Assembly (NCBI GenBank): GCA_036338695.1 | Contig: JAYZBQ010000065.1 | Location: 1 to 31,188, forward strand | From: Myxococcota bacterium | GTDB lineage: Bacteria > Myxococcota > UBA4151 | Reading direction: 5' to 3' | DNA: 31,188 nt | Shown: positions 15,200 to 28,033 of the stretch, one piece after another | How the letters are laid out: every line of letters starts with the position of its first letter | How positions within the stretch are numbered: position 1 is the stretch's first letter | Program-made: the position numbers and the translations under genes | The notes under the pieces: model-generated | The model's input: the letters and a program-made list of their open reading frames with translations, nothing else | Database searches by the model: none | What the model was told of the DNA's origin: nothing

Positions 15200-17995
15200 A
15201 TGAGACGCAATGCATGGAGCCAGCTTGGCGCGCTGAGCGCGATCCTGTTGAGCCTGTCCTGCGGTGACCAAGTGGTGGTGCGTGAGACCGAGGCCGCCTG
15301 CGGTAATGGCAGCGTGGAGGTGGGCGAGCAGTGCGACGACGGCAACGAAACCAACACCGATGAATGCACCAACGGGTGTGAAGTCGGCGTCTGCGGCGAT
15401 GGCGTGACGCGCACGGACCTCGCCCTCGGTGATGAGGGGTTTGAAGCCTGCGATGACGGCAACGACAGCGACCTCGACGGCTGCACCACGCAGTGCGTTG
15501 CGGCGACTTGTGGTGACGGGATCGTCCGGCAGGACCTCCCCGAAGGCGTGAGGGACTTTGAGGAGTGTGATGATGGCAACGACAGCGACGCCGACGCCTG
15601 CTTGAGCGATTGCGTCGCTGCGCGCTGCGGCGATGGAGTGCTGCGCACCGACCTCGCCGAGGGCGATGCGGGCTTTGAGGCCTGCGACGATGGCAACGAC
15701 GTCGACGAGGACACCTGCCTGCGCACGTGCCTGAGCGCGCGCTGCGGCGATGGGGTCGTTGGTCCGGGTGAGGGCTGTGATGACGGCAACGACGACCCGA
15801 CCGACGCGTGCAACGCATGCCAGCCTGCATCGTGCGGCGATGGGGTCGTCCAGGAGGGTGAGCGCTGCGACGACGGCAACGACGTCGAGACCGACGACTG
15901 CTTGAGCTCGTGTGCGCCGGCGTCGTGCGGTGACGGCGTCGTGCACGAGGGGGTTGAGGGCTGCGACGATGGGAACCCGGTCGCGCACGACGGCTGCACC
16001 TTATTGTGTGAGGTGGCGCGCTGCGGCGACAGCATCCGCCGGCTCGATCTCGCACCCGAAGATCAGGGCTTTGAGGAGTGTGACGACGGCAACCAAGAGG
16101 ACGCAGACGGTTGCTCGTCGCAGTGTCTGTCTGAGCGCTGCGGCAACGGTCGCGTTGACACAGGAGAAGCCTGCGATGACGGCAACGAGCGAGACACCGA
16201 CGGCTGCACCAATTCATGCGTCCAGGCGCGCTGCGGCGACGGGATCCGCTTTGTCGGTGAGGAGGCGTGCGACGACGGGAACCGGGACTCGGGCGACGGT
16301 TGCGACGCCGAGTGTCGCCTCGAAGCGTGCGGCAACGGAAGGCTCGACGCCGGCGAGCGCTGCGACGACGGTAACCGCGTGGAGGTCGACGCGTGCCGGA
16401 ATAATTGTGTCCCTGCAGCCTGCGGAGATGGTGTTTTGCGCGTTGACCTCGAACCCGGTGTGCTTGGCTTTGAGGCATGCGACGACGGCAATCAGGTCAA
16501 CACCGACAACTGTCTAGCGACCTGTCTCGCGGCGCGCTGCGGGGATGCGTTCGTCCATGAGGGGGTCGAGGGCTGTGATGACGGTAACCGGGTACCGGGC
16601 GATGGTTGCGACGCGCTGTGCCAAACCGAAGGCTGCGGCAACGGGCGCCTTGATGCGGGTGAAGCCTGCGATGACGGGAACGCGCAGGTCGGTGATGGAT
16701 GCGACGATCAGTGCCGAAGGGAGGTCTGCGGTAACGGGCGCGTCGACGCGGGAGAGGTCTGCGATGACGGGAACCGGGTCGAGACGGACGCCTGCACCAG
16801 CGCATGCCTGAGCGCTCGATGCGGCGATGGTATCCGCAGGCAGGACCTTGAGCCGGGGCAGCCGGGCTATGAGGGATGCGATGATGGTAACCAGGTCGAT
16901 GATGACGCCTGCCGCAATACCTGTGAGGTCTTGCGCTGCGGCGACGGCGTGGTGGTTCAAGGCGTCGAGGCTTGCGACGATGGCAACCGAGTCGAGACCG
17001 ATGCGTGCCGAAATGACTGCACCGTGGCGCGCTGCGGGGATGGTGTCGTCCGAGTTGGCGTTGAGGGCTGTGATGACGCCAACCTCGTCAACACGGACGG
17101 GTGCTTGAACGATTGCACCACTGCGCGTTGCGGCGACGGGGTCGTTCGAGCCGGTGTAGAGGCGTGCGACGACGGCAACCAAGTCGATGATGACGGCTGC
17201 AGCAACGCATGCGAAGTGGCGCTGCTCGGTGAAGCTCAGAACCGACCCGGGCGAGACTGCAAGGCGATCAAGACAGCCCGCCCGGAGGCTCGAGATGGGA
17301 CCTACTGGATCGACCCAGACGGGGTACGACAAGGCGAGGCGTTTCAGGCGGTCTGCGATATGACCACGGACAGCGGCGGCTGGACCTACATCGCAACGAT
17401 CACGAACAACGGAGACGGCAACAACCGTGGGAATTGGCTGCACACCACGCCCAACCCGAACCGCTGGGAGGGGACCGACGTGTTGGGCGCCATGGACCCT
17501 GGCGCCAACGCCGATTATCGCTCCGCTGGTTTTCACCGAATCCAAGCCACGGCGCTCATGATCCGGCATCGTAACCAGTTTTTACTCCGTACGAACAACA
17601 GCTGCCTGGCGGGTCGAGTGCTTTCCGACCACTTCGCCAACTTGACCTGGTCGTGTGGAGGGTCCGCTGGCTTGGGCGCTAACACAGCCTGCGCTAACCC
17701 TTGCGCGATCGCCGAGTCGACGGTGCGCAACGGGGACTCGGCGCTGCTCGCGGGCGCCAACCGCTCAGCGCTTTTCTTCAAGGCGGGTGAGGCGAACGGT
17801 GCGCAGGATCGTAACAAAGACCGTGCGTATCTCTCGACCACCTATCGAGACAACGTCGACTATCCCACGGGGCTGGGCGCTTTTTGCAGCGGCACGAGCT
17901 GCTCGCCGCGCACGGGCGAAGCCGACGTCAACAACCGCTCGGACGCAATCGTGCCGACCGCGGGTAGCGAGTTTTACGGGCTGTGGGTGCGCTAA
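15200..17995 (+). CDS. Repeat lipoprotein B (931 aa): 19 Cys-rich repeats + fibrinogen/intelectin-like tip
   Basis: AGGAG RBS, 18 nt after gene A; lipobox LSLS-C21; tip RDCKAIK...[10 protein letters not shown]...[13 protein letters not shown]. Confidence 0.9.
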   Translation: MRRNAWSQLGALSAILLSLSCGDQVVVRETEAACGNGSVEVGEQCDDGNETNTDECTNGCEVGVCGDGVTRTDLALGDEGFEACDDGNDSDLDGCTTQCVAATCGDGIVRQDLPEGVRDFEECDDGNDSDADACLSDCVAARCGDGVLRTDLAEGDAGFEACDDGNDVDEDTCLRTCLSARCGDGVVGPGEGCDDGNDDPTDACNACQPASCGDGVVQEGERCDDGNDVETDDCLSSCAPASCGDGVVHEGVEGCDDGNPVAHDGCTLLCEVARCGDSIRRLDLAPEDQGFEECDDGNQEDADGCSSQCLSERCGNGRVDTGEACDDGNERDTDGCTNSCVQARCGDGIRFVGEEACDDGNRDSGDGCDAECRLEACGNGRLDAGERCDDGNRVEVDACRNNCVPAACGDGVLRVDLEPGVLGFEACDDGNQVNTDNCLATCLAARCGDAFVHEGVEGCDDGNRVPGDGCDALCQTEGCGNGRLDAGEACDDGNAQVGDGCDDQCRREVCGNGRVDAGEVCDDGNRVETDACTSACLSARCGDGIRRQDLEPGQPGYEGCDDGNQVDDDACRNTCEVLRCGDGVVVQGVEACDDGNRVETDACRNDCTVARCGDGVVRVGVEGCDDANLVNTDGCLNDCTTARCGDGVVRAGVEACDDGNQVDDDGCSNACEVALLGEAQNRPGRDCKAIKTARPEARDGTYWIDPDGVRQGEAFQAVCDMTTDSGGWTYIATITNNGDGNNRGNWLHTTPNPNRWEGTDVLGAMDPGANADYRSAGFHRIQATALMIRHRNQFLLRTNNSCLAGRVLSDHFANLTWSCGGSAGLGANTACANPCAIAESTVRNGDSALLAGANRSALFFKAGEANGAQDRNKDRAYLSTTYRDNVDYPTGLGAFCSGTSCSPRTGEADVNNRSDAIVPTAGSEFYGLWVR
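15299..17212 (+). repeat. 19 tandem Cys-rich repeats
   Basis: Counted by hand from the translation. Confidence 0.9.
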
Positions 17996-19500
17996 GGGCA
18001 CTCGGTCCAGCGGGCGCTCTTGAGGAGCCCATCGACATCGCAGACGCACTCGCCGAGGCGCTGTCCGACGCGAAGCACCTCACCGTCGATGGAGCAGCCA
18101 AACGCCGGCGTCATGGCGAGCGCGCCTTCTCGATCGGCTGAGTCAGCGAAGCGGATCGTTTGGTCGTCCAAGAGGATGGGTGAGCTCAAAGACAGGGTGT
18201 AGGTTCTGTCCAGCCGCTCGGCTGAGACGCCGGTGAGTTCGGCGCTGAAGGCGCGTACTTCGCCGGGCTGCAGAGTTTCCAGGTTACTCGCAAGCAGTCT
18301 TCGTTCGTCGACGTCATCGCTCAGATTCAGCGCGAGCGGGTAGTAGAAGGGTGCGACGCCTGTGTTCCTGAGTTCAACGTCGATGCGAACATCCACGAAA
18401 CCTCCGCGCAGGTTGGATGCGGTGACCGCAAAACGAGGGACGCTGAATTCGTAGCCCATCGACAGCGATGCCGCTTGAGCGGCGGCGAGCTGTTCGCCCT
18501 CGTAGCCGTCATCTGGGCGAAAGGCGCCGTTGTTAATCATCCAGGAGGCGTGGGTCTGCGTGACGCACTCCGCAAAATCTTGGCTTGGGGTGTCGACTCC
18601 GCCCCCCGGTAAGAACAGCTGCGCCTGAAGCTCCGGGTAGACCTCGCCGCCGATGGGCGCCACGCGCCAGCGATCCTGGGCTTGGGCGGCGAGCATCCGA
18701 GGGTAGAAGTACCAGTCTGTCTCACCCAGGGTGGCGTAGGCGAACGAGTCATCGTGGTAGCCGATGGTGCGCTGTGGCGCGTCATGGATGGGGTAGCGCA
18801 GCAGAACATGCGTCTGGTCAAAGGCGGCATCAAAGGCGGCGATCACCTGCCGCTGGAAGACATCTGGGGCGAACCAGTCGCCGTGCGGGTAGGTGTGCCA
18901 CTCGCCCCAAAACCCGAGCAGACCCATCTGCACAAAGCCGATACGGTTGTCGCCATCATAGCGCGCGCCGAGCGCCGCGATGAAGTCGAGCAGCGTCGAT
19001 TGGAGCAGAGGGTTGGCGTAGTCCGGGCTGCAGCCGCCGCCCCAGTCGGTGTACTCAGAGCAGTCTACCTCCTGTGCCAGCCACTCGGGTAAGCCAGGGG
19101 CTCGCCCAGGATAGTCTAGATAGAAGCGGATGATCATGTGGTTGCCGCGACCGCTGGATTCATCGAGGTAGGGCTCGAGCGCGGTGTCGAAGGCATACTG
19201 GTTCGCTCCGGTGAGCACGGACGACAGCGGCAAGTAGAGGAACTCGAGCGCGTGCGGCATCCGCTCATCGGGCGTCGTCCATTGGTAGCTGGTCAGGAAC
19301 CCTTTGAGCGGATTGCCGGCGGTGACCGCTCGATCGTAACGGACCGTGCGTTCCTGGGTGGCGCTTGCAAGAGATCCAAGCCGAACCCCTGCGTCGCCGC
19401 CGATCGAGGCGTCCGGTGCAGCCGTCGGTGGCTCGGTCACAAGGCTGCTCTGCCAACAAGCTGCTCCAAGGCAGCAACCGAGCGTGATCCACGATCGCAT
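17992..19500 (-). CDS. DUF4832-type putative glycoside hydrolase lipoprotein
   Basis: GAGGAG RBS; LGAA-C lipobox; [70 protein letters not shown]. Confidence 0.8.
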   Translation of the reverse strand: MRSWITLGCCLGAACWQSSLVTEPPTAAPDASIGGDAGVRLGSLASATQERTVRYDRAVTAGNPLKGFLTSYQWTTPDERMPHALEFLYLPLSSVLTGANQYAFDTALEPYLDESSGRGNHMIIRFYLDYPGRAPGLPEWLAQEVDCSEYTDWGGGCSPDYANPLLQSTLLDFIAALGARYDGDNRIGFVQMGLLGFWGEWHTYPHGDWFAPDVFQRQVIAAFDAAFDQTHVLLRYPIHDAPQRTIGYHDDSFAYATLGETDWYFYPRMLAAQAQDRWRVAPIGGEVYPELQAQLFLPGGGVDTPSQDFAECVTQTHASWMINNGAFRPDDGYEGEQLAAAQAASLSMGYEFSVPRFAVTASNLRGGFVDVRIDVELRNTGVAPFYYPLALNLSDDVDERRLLASNLETLQPGEVRAFSAELTGVSAERLDRTYTLSLSSPILLDDQTIRFADSADREGALAMTPAFGCSIDGEVLRVGQRLGECVCDVDGLLKSARWTECP

Positions 19501-19686
19501 ACTGGACTCCTCTTCAACCGCCTCGTGCGTAGACAGCTTATCACGCCGAAGGTCAAAAGCGACGCAATGAACCCGGACCCGTTGCGTCTGCGCTCGCAGC
19601 AGGTCAAGCTCAGGCGAGAGTTCTAAGGATGTGCGCCTGTTGTGTCCTCGCCGAGCACCTTGATTAATGCATCAAAGAGTCTGCGG

Positions 19687-20610
19687 ATGCCGCTGTATTT
19701 TCATGCTTTGTACACGGGGGGCATCGCGCCCGATGCGCGCTTTCCTCGCTCCCGATACGAGCGACTCCGCAGCCGGCTCAGCCGGGGGGAAGCCTCAGAA
19801 CTCCTTGAGATTACAGAGGCGCCGCGTGCACGGCGTGAGGACATTTTGCTTGCGCATGAGCCAGAGTACACGGCGCGCTTCCTGAGTGGGAGCATGGACC
19901 GCGCCGAGCGGCGCCGGATCGGCCTTCGCCCTTGGACGCCGCTCCTCATTCCGCGCACGCTGCATCTACTCGGTGGCGCCATCGCTGCGCTCGAGCACGT
20001 GGCACGTCAGGGTGGGGTCGCCGGCAATATGGCTGGGGGGACGCACCACGCACACTACGATTTTGGCTCGGGTTTCTGCGTCTTTAACGATCTGGCGATT
20101 TGTGCACGCATCGCCCATCTGCGGCTCGGCTTGGAGCGCATCAGCGTCCTTGATCTCGACGTTCACCAGGGGGACGGGACCGCCACGTTGCTCTCGGACG
20201 ACGACTACGCTCGGACCATCTCGGTCCATTGCGCGCAGAACTTCCCGCTGCGAAAAGCCGCAAGCGATGTCGACCTACCCGTCGATCAGGGCACCGGCGA
20301 TGACGTCTACCTCGAGGTGGTCGAGCGCGCGCTGGACGCTGCCTTTGAGCACGCCCCGGATCTTCTGTTCTTTCAGGCCGGAGTCGATGGCTTGAGCGCC
20401 GATGGTCTCGGGCGGCTCGAGCTGAGCCGTGAGGGCCTCTGGGCTCGCAACGCACGCGTGTTCGAAGCTTGCGAGCGCGCCGGGATCCCCTGCCTTGTCT
20501 TCATGGGGGGCGGCTACAGCAAGCCCATTGACCATACGGTCGACGCCTTTGAGGACCTTTTTGTCCAGGCAGCCAGGAGCCACCAGCGGCATCTGATGCG
20601 GCGCATCTGA
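19687..20610 (+). CDS. Histone deacetylase family (class IV/HDAC11-like) amidohydrolase
   Basis: AGGTHHA, GFCVFND, DLDVHQGDGT, QAGVD, GGGY motifs. Start taken at ATG 19687. Confidence 0.92.
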   Translation: MPLYFHALYTGGIAPDARFPRSRYERLRSRLSRGEASELLEITEAPRARREDILLAHEPEYTARFLSGSMDRAERRRIGLRPWTPLLIPRTLHLLGGAIAALEHVARQGGVAGNMAGGTHHAHYDFGSGFCVFNDLAICARIAHLRLGLERISVLDLDVHQGDGTATLLSDDDYARTISVHCAQNFPLRKAASDVDLPVDQGTGDDVYLEVVERALDAAFEHAPDLLFFQAGVDGLSADGLGRLELSREGLWARNARVFEACERAGIPCLVFMGGGYSKPIDHTVDAFEDLFVQAARSHQRHLMRRI

Positions 20611-20646
20611 CCGGCTGATCGGTCGTTTGCCGGACCGTGGTTGCCC

Positions 20647-20671
20647 ATATAGTAAAGCTGGTTTACTAAAT
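20647..20671. promoter_or_regulatory. AT-rich palindrome, probable MarR operator
   Basis: TAGTAAA-gctgg-TTTACTA (20650-20668) directly upstream of the MarR RBS, next to a -35-like TTGCCC (20641-20646). Confidence 0.7.
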
Positions 20672-20691
20672 AGATGAGGAGGGTCCCTACG

Positions 20692-21195
20692 ATGAGCCCA
20701 TCAAGGCGAGATCAGTTACGCCTCCAGGTCGAAGAGCTCGAGGCGCAGCGCCTAGGAAACAGTTTGGTACGGCTGGGGCGGTTGACGTACCAGCGAACGG
20801 TTGAGCGGCTGCGCGCCCGCGGGCTCAGCGAGCTCCGGCTCAGCTACACCACGTTGTTGCCACATCTCGACCGCGTCGAGGGGTCTCGGGTGACCGAATT
20901 GGCTGAGCGCATGGGGGTGACGACGCAAGCCGCAGGGCAGATGGTCAGCCAGCTTGAGCAGGCTCAACTGGTCACGCGACGCCCGGACCCGAAGGACGGC
21001 CGCGCCCGGCGCGTCGAGCTGACCACCCAAGGTTTTGAGGTGCTGCTCGCGGGGCTTGAGGTCTTCGCTGAGCTCGAGGCCGAGCTCGAGGAAGCGCTCG
21101 GTAGTGAGCGCATGGACGCGTTTCGCAGCAGCGCCGACCAGAGCCGTCGTTATCTAGAATCCCTCGACGATGAGCGCTCGTCGAGAACGTCCTAA
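20692..21195 (+). CDS. MarR family transcriptional regulator
   Basis: AGGAGG RBS; wHTH motif VTELAERMGVTTQAAGQMVSQLE...V.R.PDPKDGRARRVELT..G. Confidence 0.92.
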   Translation: MSPSRRDQLRLQVEELEAQRLGNSLVRLGRLTYQRTVERLRARGLSELRLSYTTLLPHLDRVEGSRVTELAERMGVTTQAAGQMVSQLEQAQLVTRRPDPKDGRARRVELTTQGFEVLLAGLEVFAELEAELEEALGSERMDAFRSSADQSRRYLESLDDERSSRTS

Positions 21196-21205
21196 GAGGA
21201 GAGGT

Positions 21206-22912
21206 ATGATGTTTGATCTCGTGATTCGTGGCGGAACCGTTGTCGATGGAAGCGGTCGCCCCGCTGTGCTCGCCGATGTGGCGATCAAGGACGGTGTCAT
21301 CGCCGAGGTAGGCCGCGTCGGACCGGGGCGTCGAGAGCTCGACGCGAGCGGCGCGTTGGTCACGCCAGGCTGGGTCGACGTCCACACGCACTACGACGGC
21401 CAGGTCACCTGGGACCCGTTGCTCACGCCCTCATCGTGGCATGGCGTCACGACCGTCGTGATGGGCAACTGCGGCGTCGGCTTCGCCCCGGCGAAGCCCG
21501 ACAAGCACGACTGGCTGATCGGTTTGATGGAGGGGGTCGAGGACATCCCAGGTGCGGCGCTCGCTGAGGGCATCAACTGGGCATGGGAGACCTTCCCTGA
21601 GTACATGGATGCGATCGAAGCGAACGCTCGAGCCATCGACTTTGGTGTCCAGCTGCCGCACGGGGCGATCCGAGCGTATGTGATGGGCGAGCGCGGCGCG
21701 CAGAACGAGGAGGCGACCGCCGAGGATGTAGCCGCCATGGCGCAGGTCGTCGAGGAAGGCTTGCTGGCGGGCGCTCTTGGGTTCTCAACCTCGAGGACGC
21801 TGATGCATCGCTCGATCGACGGGATACCGGTACCGGGAACCTTCGCCGATCGCCTCGAACTCTTTGGCATCGGCGAAGCGCTCAAGAAGACGGGGCGTGG
21901 TGTCTTTCAGCTTGCGGCGCAGCATGAGGACGTCCCTGAGGAGCTTGAGTGGATGGATGAGCTGGCGCGTTACACCGGTCGTCCGGTCAGCTTTAACCTA
22001 AGCCAGATCGATCCGGACCCGCAGCTGTGGCGGCGTGGCTTGGAGCGTCTTGAGCGGGCGGACCGGCGCGTCGTGGCGCAGGTCGCTGGTCGCGGGATCG
22101 GTATCATCATGTGCTGGGAGGGGACCGCACACCCCTTTTTGAACCGCGCCGCCTACCTGCCGTTTCACGAGCTCAGCCCGGCGGAGCGGCGCGCGCAGCT
22201 CGAGCGCCCCGAGGTGCGCCAGGCGATCATCGAGTCACCGATGATGGAGCTCGATGAGCTCGGTAACTTTGTCACCCGAAGCTGGCACAAGATGTTCGTG
22301 GCCGAGCCCGGGCAGACCATGTCTTATGAGCCCGGCGCAGAGCACAGCGTGGCGGCGATCGCTGCGCGCACCGGGCGCTCATGCGAGGAGATCGCCTATG
22401 ATGCGTTGATGGAGCTGGACGGTCGGGGTACTTTGTATTTCCCGCTCTTCAATTACGCAGAGGGCTCGCTCGCACCTCAGTATGAGCTGCTGAGTCACCC
22501 GCGCACTCGCCTGGGGCTCAGTGACGGCGGCGCGCATTGCGGCGCGATCTGCGAGGGGGGGATGGCGACCTTTATGCTCACGCACTGGACACGGGATCGG
22601 GCGCGTGGTCCTCGGCTCGGGCTCGAGCGTGTCGTCGCGATGCAGACCCATGAGACGGCGCAGCTGTTTGGGCTGGGTGATCGCGGCTTGCTCAAGCCGG
22701 GGTACAAAGCCGACGTCAACCTCATCGACTACGCCAACTTGCGCCTCGAAAACCCGAAGATGGCTTATGATCTGCCGCTTGGCGGTCGCCGTTTAGTTCA
22801 GCGCGCGCATGGCTACGTCGCCACCGTCGTTTCAGGCGAGGTGATGATGGAGCACGGTGAATCGACCGGCGCATTACCCGGGCGCTTGCTCCGAGGCGCG
22901 CGCAGCCTGTAG
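21206..22912 (+). CDS. N-acyl-D-amino-acid deacylase (D-aminoacylase) family amidohydrolase
   Basis: DLVIRGGTVVDGSG, PGWVDVHTHYD, GVTTVVMGNCGVGFAP, LSDGGAH, DRGLL.PG.KAD.N; RBS GAGGAGAGG. Confidence 0.92.
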   Translation: MMFDLVIRGGTVVDGSGRPAVLADVAIKDGVIAEVGRVGPGRRELDASGALVTPGWVDVHTHYDGQVTWDPLLTPSSWHGVTTVVMGNCGVGFAPAKPDKHDWLIGLMEGVEDIPGAALAEGINWAWETFPEYMDAIEANARAIDFGVQLPHGAIRAYVMGERGAQNEEATAEDVAAMAQVVEEGLLAGALGFSTSRTLMHRSIDGIPVPGTFADRLELFGIGEALKKTGRGVFQLAAQHEDVPEELEWMDELARYTGRPVSFNLSQIDPDPQLWRRGLERLERADRRVVAQVAGRGIGIIMCWEGTAHPFLNRAAYLPFHELSPAERRAQLERPEVRQAIIESPMMELDELGNFVTRSWHKMFVAEPGQTMSYEPGAEHSVAAIAARTGRSCEEIAYDALMELDGRGTLYFPLFNYAEGSLAPQYELLSHPRTRLGLSDGGAHCGAICEGGMATFMLTHWTRDRARGPRLGLERVVAMQTHETAQLFGLGDRGLLKPGYKADVNLIDYANLRLENPKMAYDLPLGGRRLVQRAHGYVATVVSGEVMMEHGESTGALPGRLLRGARSL

Positions 22913-22959
22913 GTGTGCCGTCGTCCGCCCCGTGCTAAAGCGTCTACAGGAGGCTTAGG

Positions 22960-23562
22960 GTGGTGGATTTTGGACAGCTCAAGGCAGCAGCTCTGCTGCT
23001 GGCAACCGTGGCGCTGGCGAGTCACTCCGTCGCTGCGGAGCCCTCGCAGGACCGGTACAGCCTAGGGACTGACTCGCTGACCTGGGCGATTGACGGGTAC
23101 TCGCTGATCGGCACGTGGGAGCGTGCCTCTCTACCAAGCGTACGCTGGCACGTCGAAGCCTTCGGGATTGAGATCCCGGAGGGCTTGGTCGACGGTTTTG
23201 AAGGCAACACGGGTGAGGGCTGGCGGCGCCGTATACACCTGGCGCTGATGCTGAGCGCCGACCATCATCCCTTGGCGGCCTTGCCCGGTTTGCACTGGGG
23301 CGCAGGCTTCAATGTCCAGCGCACGAGCGTGTCGCGCAGAGGCATCGATGGCGAGCAGACCTACGACCTGATCGAGCCCATCGTGCGCGTCGGTTATCAG
23401 TGGTTTCCGCTCGCTGATGTCGGGCTCTTCCTGACACCCTATATGGTGCTGGGTGTGCCCATCCACCTGAGCGAGCCCGAGCCGATCGGCGGTCAAGCCT
23501 ACCAGGAGGCGGCGCTGCTGCCTGCAGCTTCCGTGCAGATAGGCTGGCGCTTTGCGCCCTGA
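22960..23562 (+). CDS. Hypothetical exported protein, probable small outer-membrane beta-barrel
   Basis: GGAGG RBS with GTG start; signal peptide ...SVAA-E; amphipathic strands RVGYQWFP, GLFLTPY, SVQIGWRF. Confidence 0.7.
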   Translation: MVDFGQLKAAALLLATVALASHSVAAEPSQDRYSLGTDSLTWAIDGYSLIGTWERASLPSVRWHVEAFGIEIPEGLVDGFEGNTGEGWRRRIHLALMLSADHHPLAALPGLHWGAGFNVQRTSVSRRGIDGEQTYDLIEPIVRVGYQWFPLADVGLFLTPYMVLGVPIHLSEPEPIGGQAYQEAALLPAASVQIGWRFAP

Positions 23563-23706
23563 TGACGAGGGCTGAAGGGAGAGGGTCGTCGGCTCACCCT
23601 TTGGTCCACAGGATGGCTGAGTCCGGATGAGCCGCTTCGATTGGGCGGGCATGGGTTGTATCTTGGGCGCGCTTCGTTCAGTGCTTATGGGGCTGATGGA
23701 GGTGGT

Positions 23707-26214
<2,508 letters not shown>

Positions 26215-26218
26215 CAGG

Positions 26219-27175
26219 ATGAGGAGCGATGCTTTGAACCGTATCGGGCTGATCGGTAGCGCCCTTTTGATGACCGTTAGCGGGTGCGGCGGACCAGCCG
26301 CTGTGGCGACCGACGCTGGCGCCGCTCACGGGGACGGGCTCATCGACGCTGGGCGGCGCGTCGACGCAGGCGAAAGAGGCGACGCCGGCACGCCGGATGC
26401 GGGCGTTGATAACGACCCGATCGAGATCACACCGACGGACGCACAGACCGAGTACATCAACCACTGGCTCGCTCAAGATCACGGCGAGGAGTTTGTCTCG
26501 TCGCTCAAGTGGCTGCCGCACTTTGTTCATGAACAGGGCGAGCTTGGCGTGTGCCTGCGGCTGGAGTTCCGCGAGCCGAAGCGCGTGCCGGGTTGGCGTA
26601 TCGAAGAGATCCGCTCGATGATCGCCGAGCGTATTTGGCTTTGGCAAAAAGGGCTGATCGGGCAACCTCATTGGATACACGACACCCCTGCGCCGGTTAA
26701 GCTGTTTGGGATCGGCGCTACCGAGCAGGTTGAGCTGGTGGATCCACCGGACGTGCCCGTGTACCGCAACGAGAACGCAGAGTGTCCAAGCAGCTGTTTT
26801 CGGTTCACCTACAAGCATGAGCGAGCGCCGGATTATGCGGACTGTGAGCACCCAAGCATGACCCATTTTGACTTCAACATTTGGTATTCAGATTTCGACA
26901 TCGGCGCAGCGGGGCATGGCGGTGACTGGGGCACGCGGCTGCCCTGGCGACTGTTTCTCGAAGAGCTGCGCAGCCCAGGACCGAAGCGAGTGACCGACCA
27001 TGAGCTCGGACACGTCGCCGGGCTGCCCGACGTCTATAACTATCCTATGGAGCTCAACGGTCACGCGCGACCGGAGGGTATCATGGCACAGGCGATGAGC
27101 ATCACCGCTTTTGACCATCTCTTGCTGCGCGAGGTCTGGCGCATGGCTTGGGAGAACTTTTACGCCAGCCCGTAG
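26219..27175 (+). CDS. Lipoprotein zinc metallopeptidase (HExxH)
   Basis: Lipobox VSG-C; DAG linker; C...C.RF...DY.DC...HFD...W...G.GGDWG; HELGHVAGLPDVY followed by a GIM Met-turn-like motif. Starts 4 nt after gene C. Confidence 0.8.
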   Translation: MRSDALNRIGLIGSALLMTVSGCGGPAAVATDAGAAHGDGLIDAGRRVDAGERGDAGTPDAGVDNDPIEITPTDAQTEYINHWLAQDHGEEFVSSLKWLPHFVHEQGELGVCLRLEFREPKRVPGWRIEEIRSMIAERIWLWQKGLIGQPHWIHDTPAPVKLFGIGATEQVELVDPPDVPVYRNENAECPSSCFRFTYKHERAPDYADCEHPSMTHFDFNIWYSDFDIGAAGHGGDWGTRLPWRLFLEELRSPGPKRVTDHELGHVAGLPDVYNYPMELNGHARPEGIMAQAMSITAFDHLLLREVWRMAWENFYASP

Positions 27176-27268
27176 AGTGGACCTGTTCGCGCCGTGAATA
27201 GAGAGCATCCGGGCGCCGTTAACTCCGCCGAGTCGCTGGTATCGACGTCCCCATTTTGGAGAGCTGCT

Positions 27269-27970
27269 ATGAAGTCCCTCGTGATCGCATCGTTTCTTTT
27301 CGTAACGGCTGGCGCTGCCACCGCTTCGCCGCCGCCAAGGAGCATTAAGGTGAGCGCACAGGCGAGCGAGCGCATCGTGCCGGACCGAGTGCTCTGGCGA
27401 CTGGTCCTCAACGCACGCCACCGCGACCTCACCAAGGCGAAGGCAGCCTCTGACCGGCAGATTCGTGACGTCCTCGCCACCACTCGGCGCCTTGGCGTTC
27501 AACCCTCCGACGTCCAGACGGGCGAGCTGTCGATCGATAAAGAGTACAGCGACCGCTACAGCTCGATCAAAGGAGGCAGAAAGTTCGTGGCGTACGTCCT
27601 CAGCCGAACGGTCGTCGTTCGCCAGCGCGCGCCGAAGCGGTTCGATGACTTCTTTACGGGGTTCATCAAAAACCGGGATATGAAGGTGGATTACGAGCTG
27701 GCGTCCTCGAAAGCGGCTAACCTCAAGGCGAAGGCGCAGGTCAACGCGGTGATCGCCGCGCGTGCGAAAGCTCGGGCGATGGTGGAAGCGCTTGGTGCCA
27801 AGCTGGGACGAGTAATGAAGATCGATGAGGGCTACCGTCCCAGCCATCGGCGGCGCGGACACAACCTGGCGATGGGGACACTCGATGGGTCAGCGTCAGA
27901 GGGCAGCACCTTCGCGCCCGGCACGATCGAGTTCTCGTCCGCTGTGACCGTCGAGTTTGCGATCGAGTGA
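27269..27970 (+). CDS. SIMPL (DUF541) domain periplasmic protein
   Basis: GGAGAG RBS; signal peptide; RSIKVS.......PD, DVQT, A..AARAKA.....LGAKLGRV..I.E, PG.I....V.V.F.I. Confidence 0.85.
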   Translation: MKSLVIASFLFVTAGAATASPPPRSIKVSAQASERIVPDRVLWRLVLNARHRDLTKAKAASDRQIRDVLATTRRLGVQPSDVQTGELSIDKEYSDRYSSIKGGRKFVAYVLSRTVVVRQRAPKRFDDFFTGFIKNRDMKVDYELASSKAANLKAKAQVNAVIAARAKARAMVEALGAKLGRVMKIDEGYRPSHRRRGHNLAMGTLDGSASEGSTFAPGTIEFSSAVTVEFAIE

Positions 27971-28033
27971 ATCGATGGGATGATGCGGCGCAACGTGTTG
28001 TTGAATGCGTCGCCATGTTAAGGAGCCAGCTGC

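Noticed and set aside
12224..17212. Recurrent TGCGACGACGGCAAC at about 90-117 nt spacing, superficially CRISPR-like
   Set aside because: In-frame codons for CDDGN with third-position variation; no cas genes.
11980..17569. Long antisense and alternate-frame ORFs over the repeat genes (e.g. 12330..13616, 14675..15988, 15030..16478)
   Set aside because: Shadows of high-GC repetitive coding sequence; their translations (PSSQ, RRRC, VAVVA) mirror the CDDGN repeats.
19561..19588. Inverted repeat GACGCAA...TTGCGTC in a divergent intergenic region
   Set aside because: Only a 7-bp perfect arm, no U-tract and no second full copy; function unsupported.
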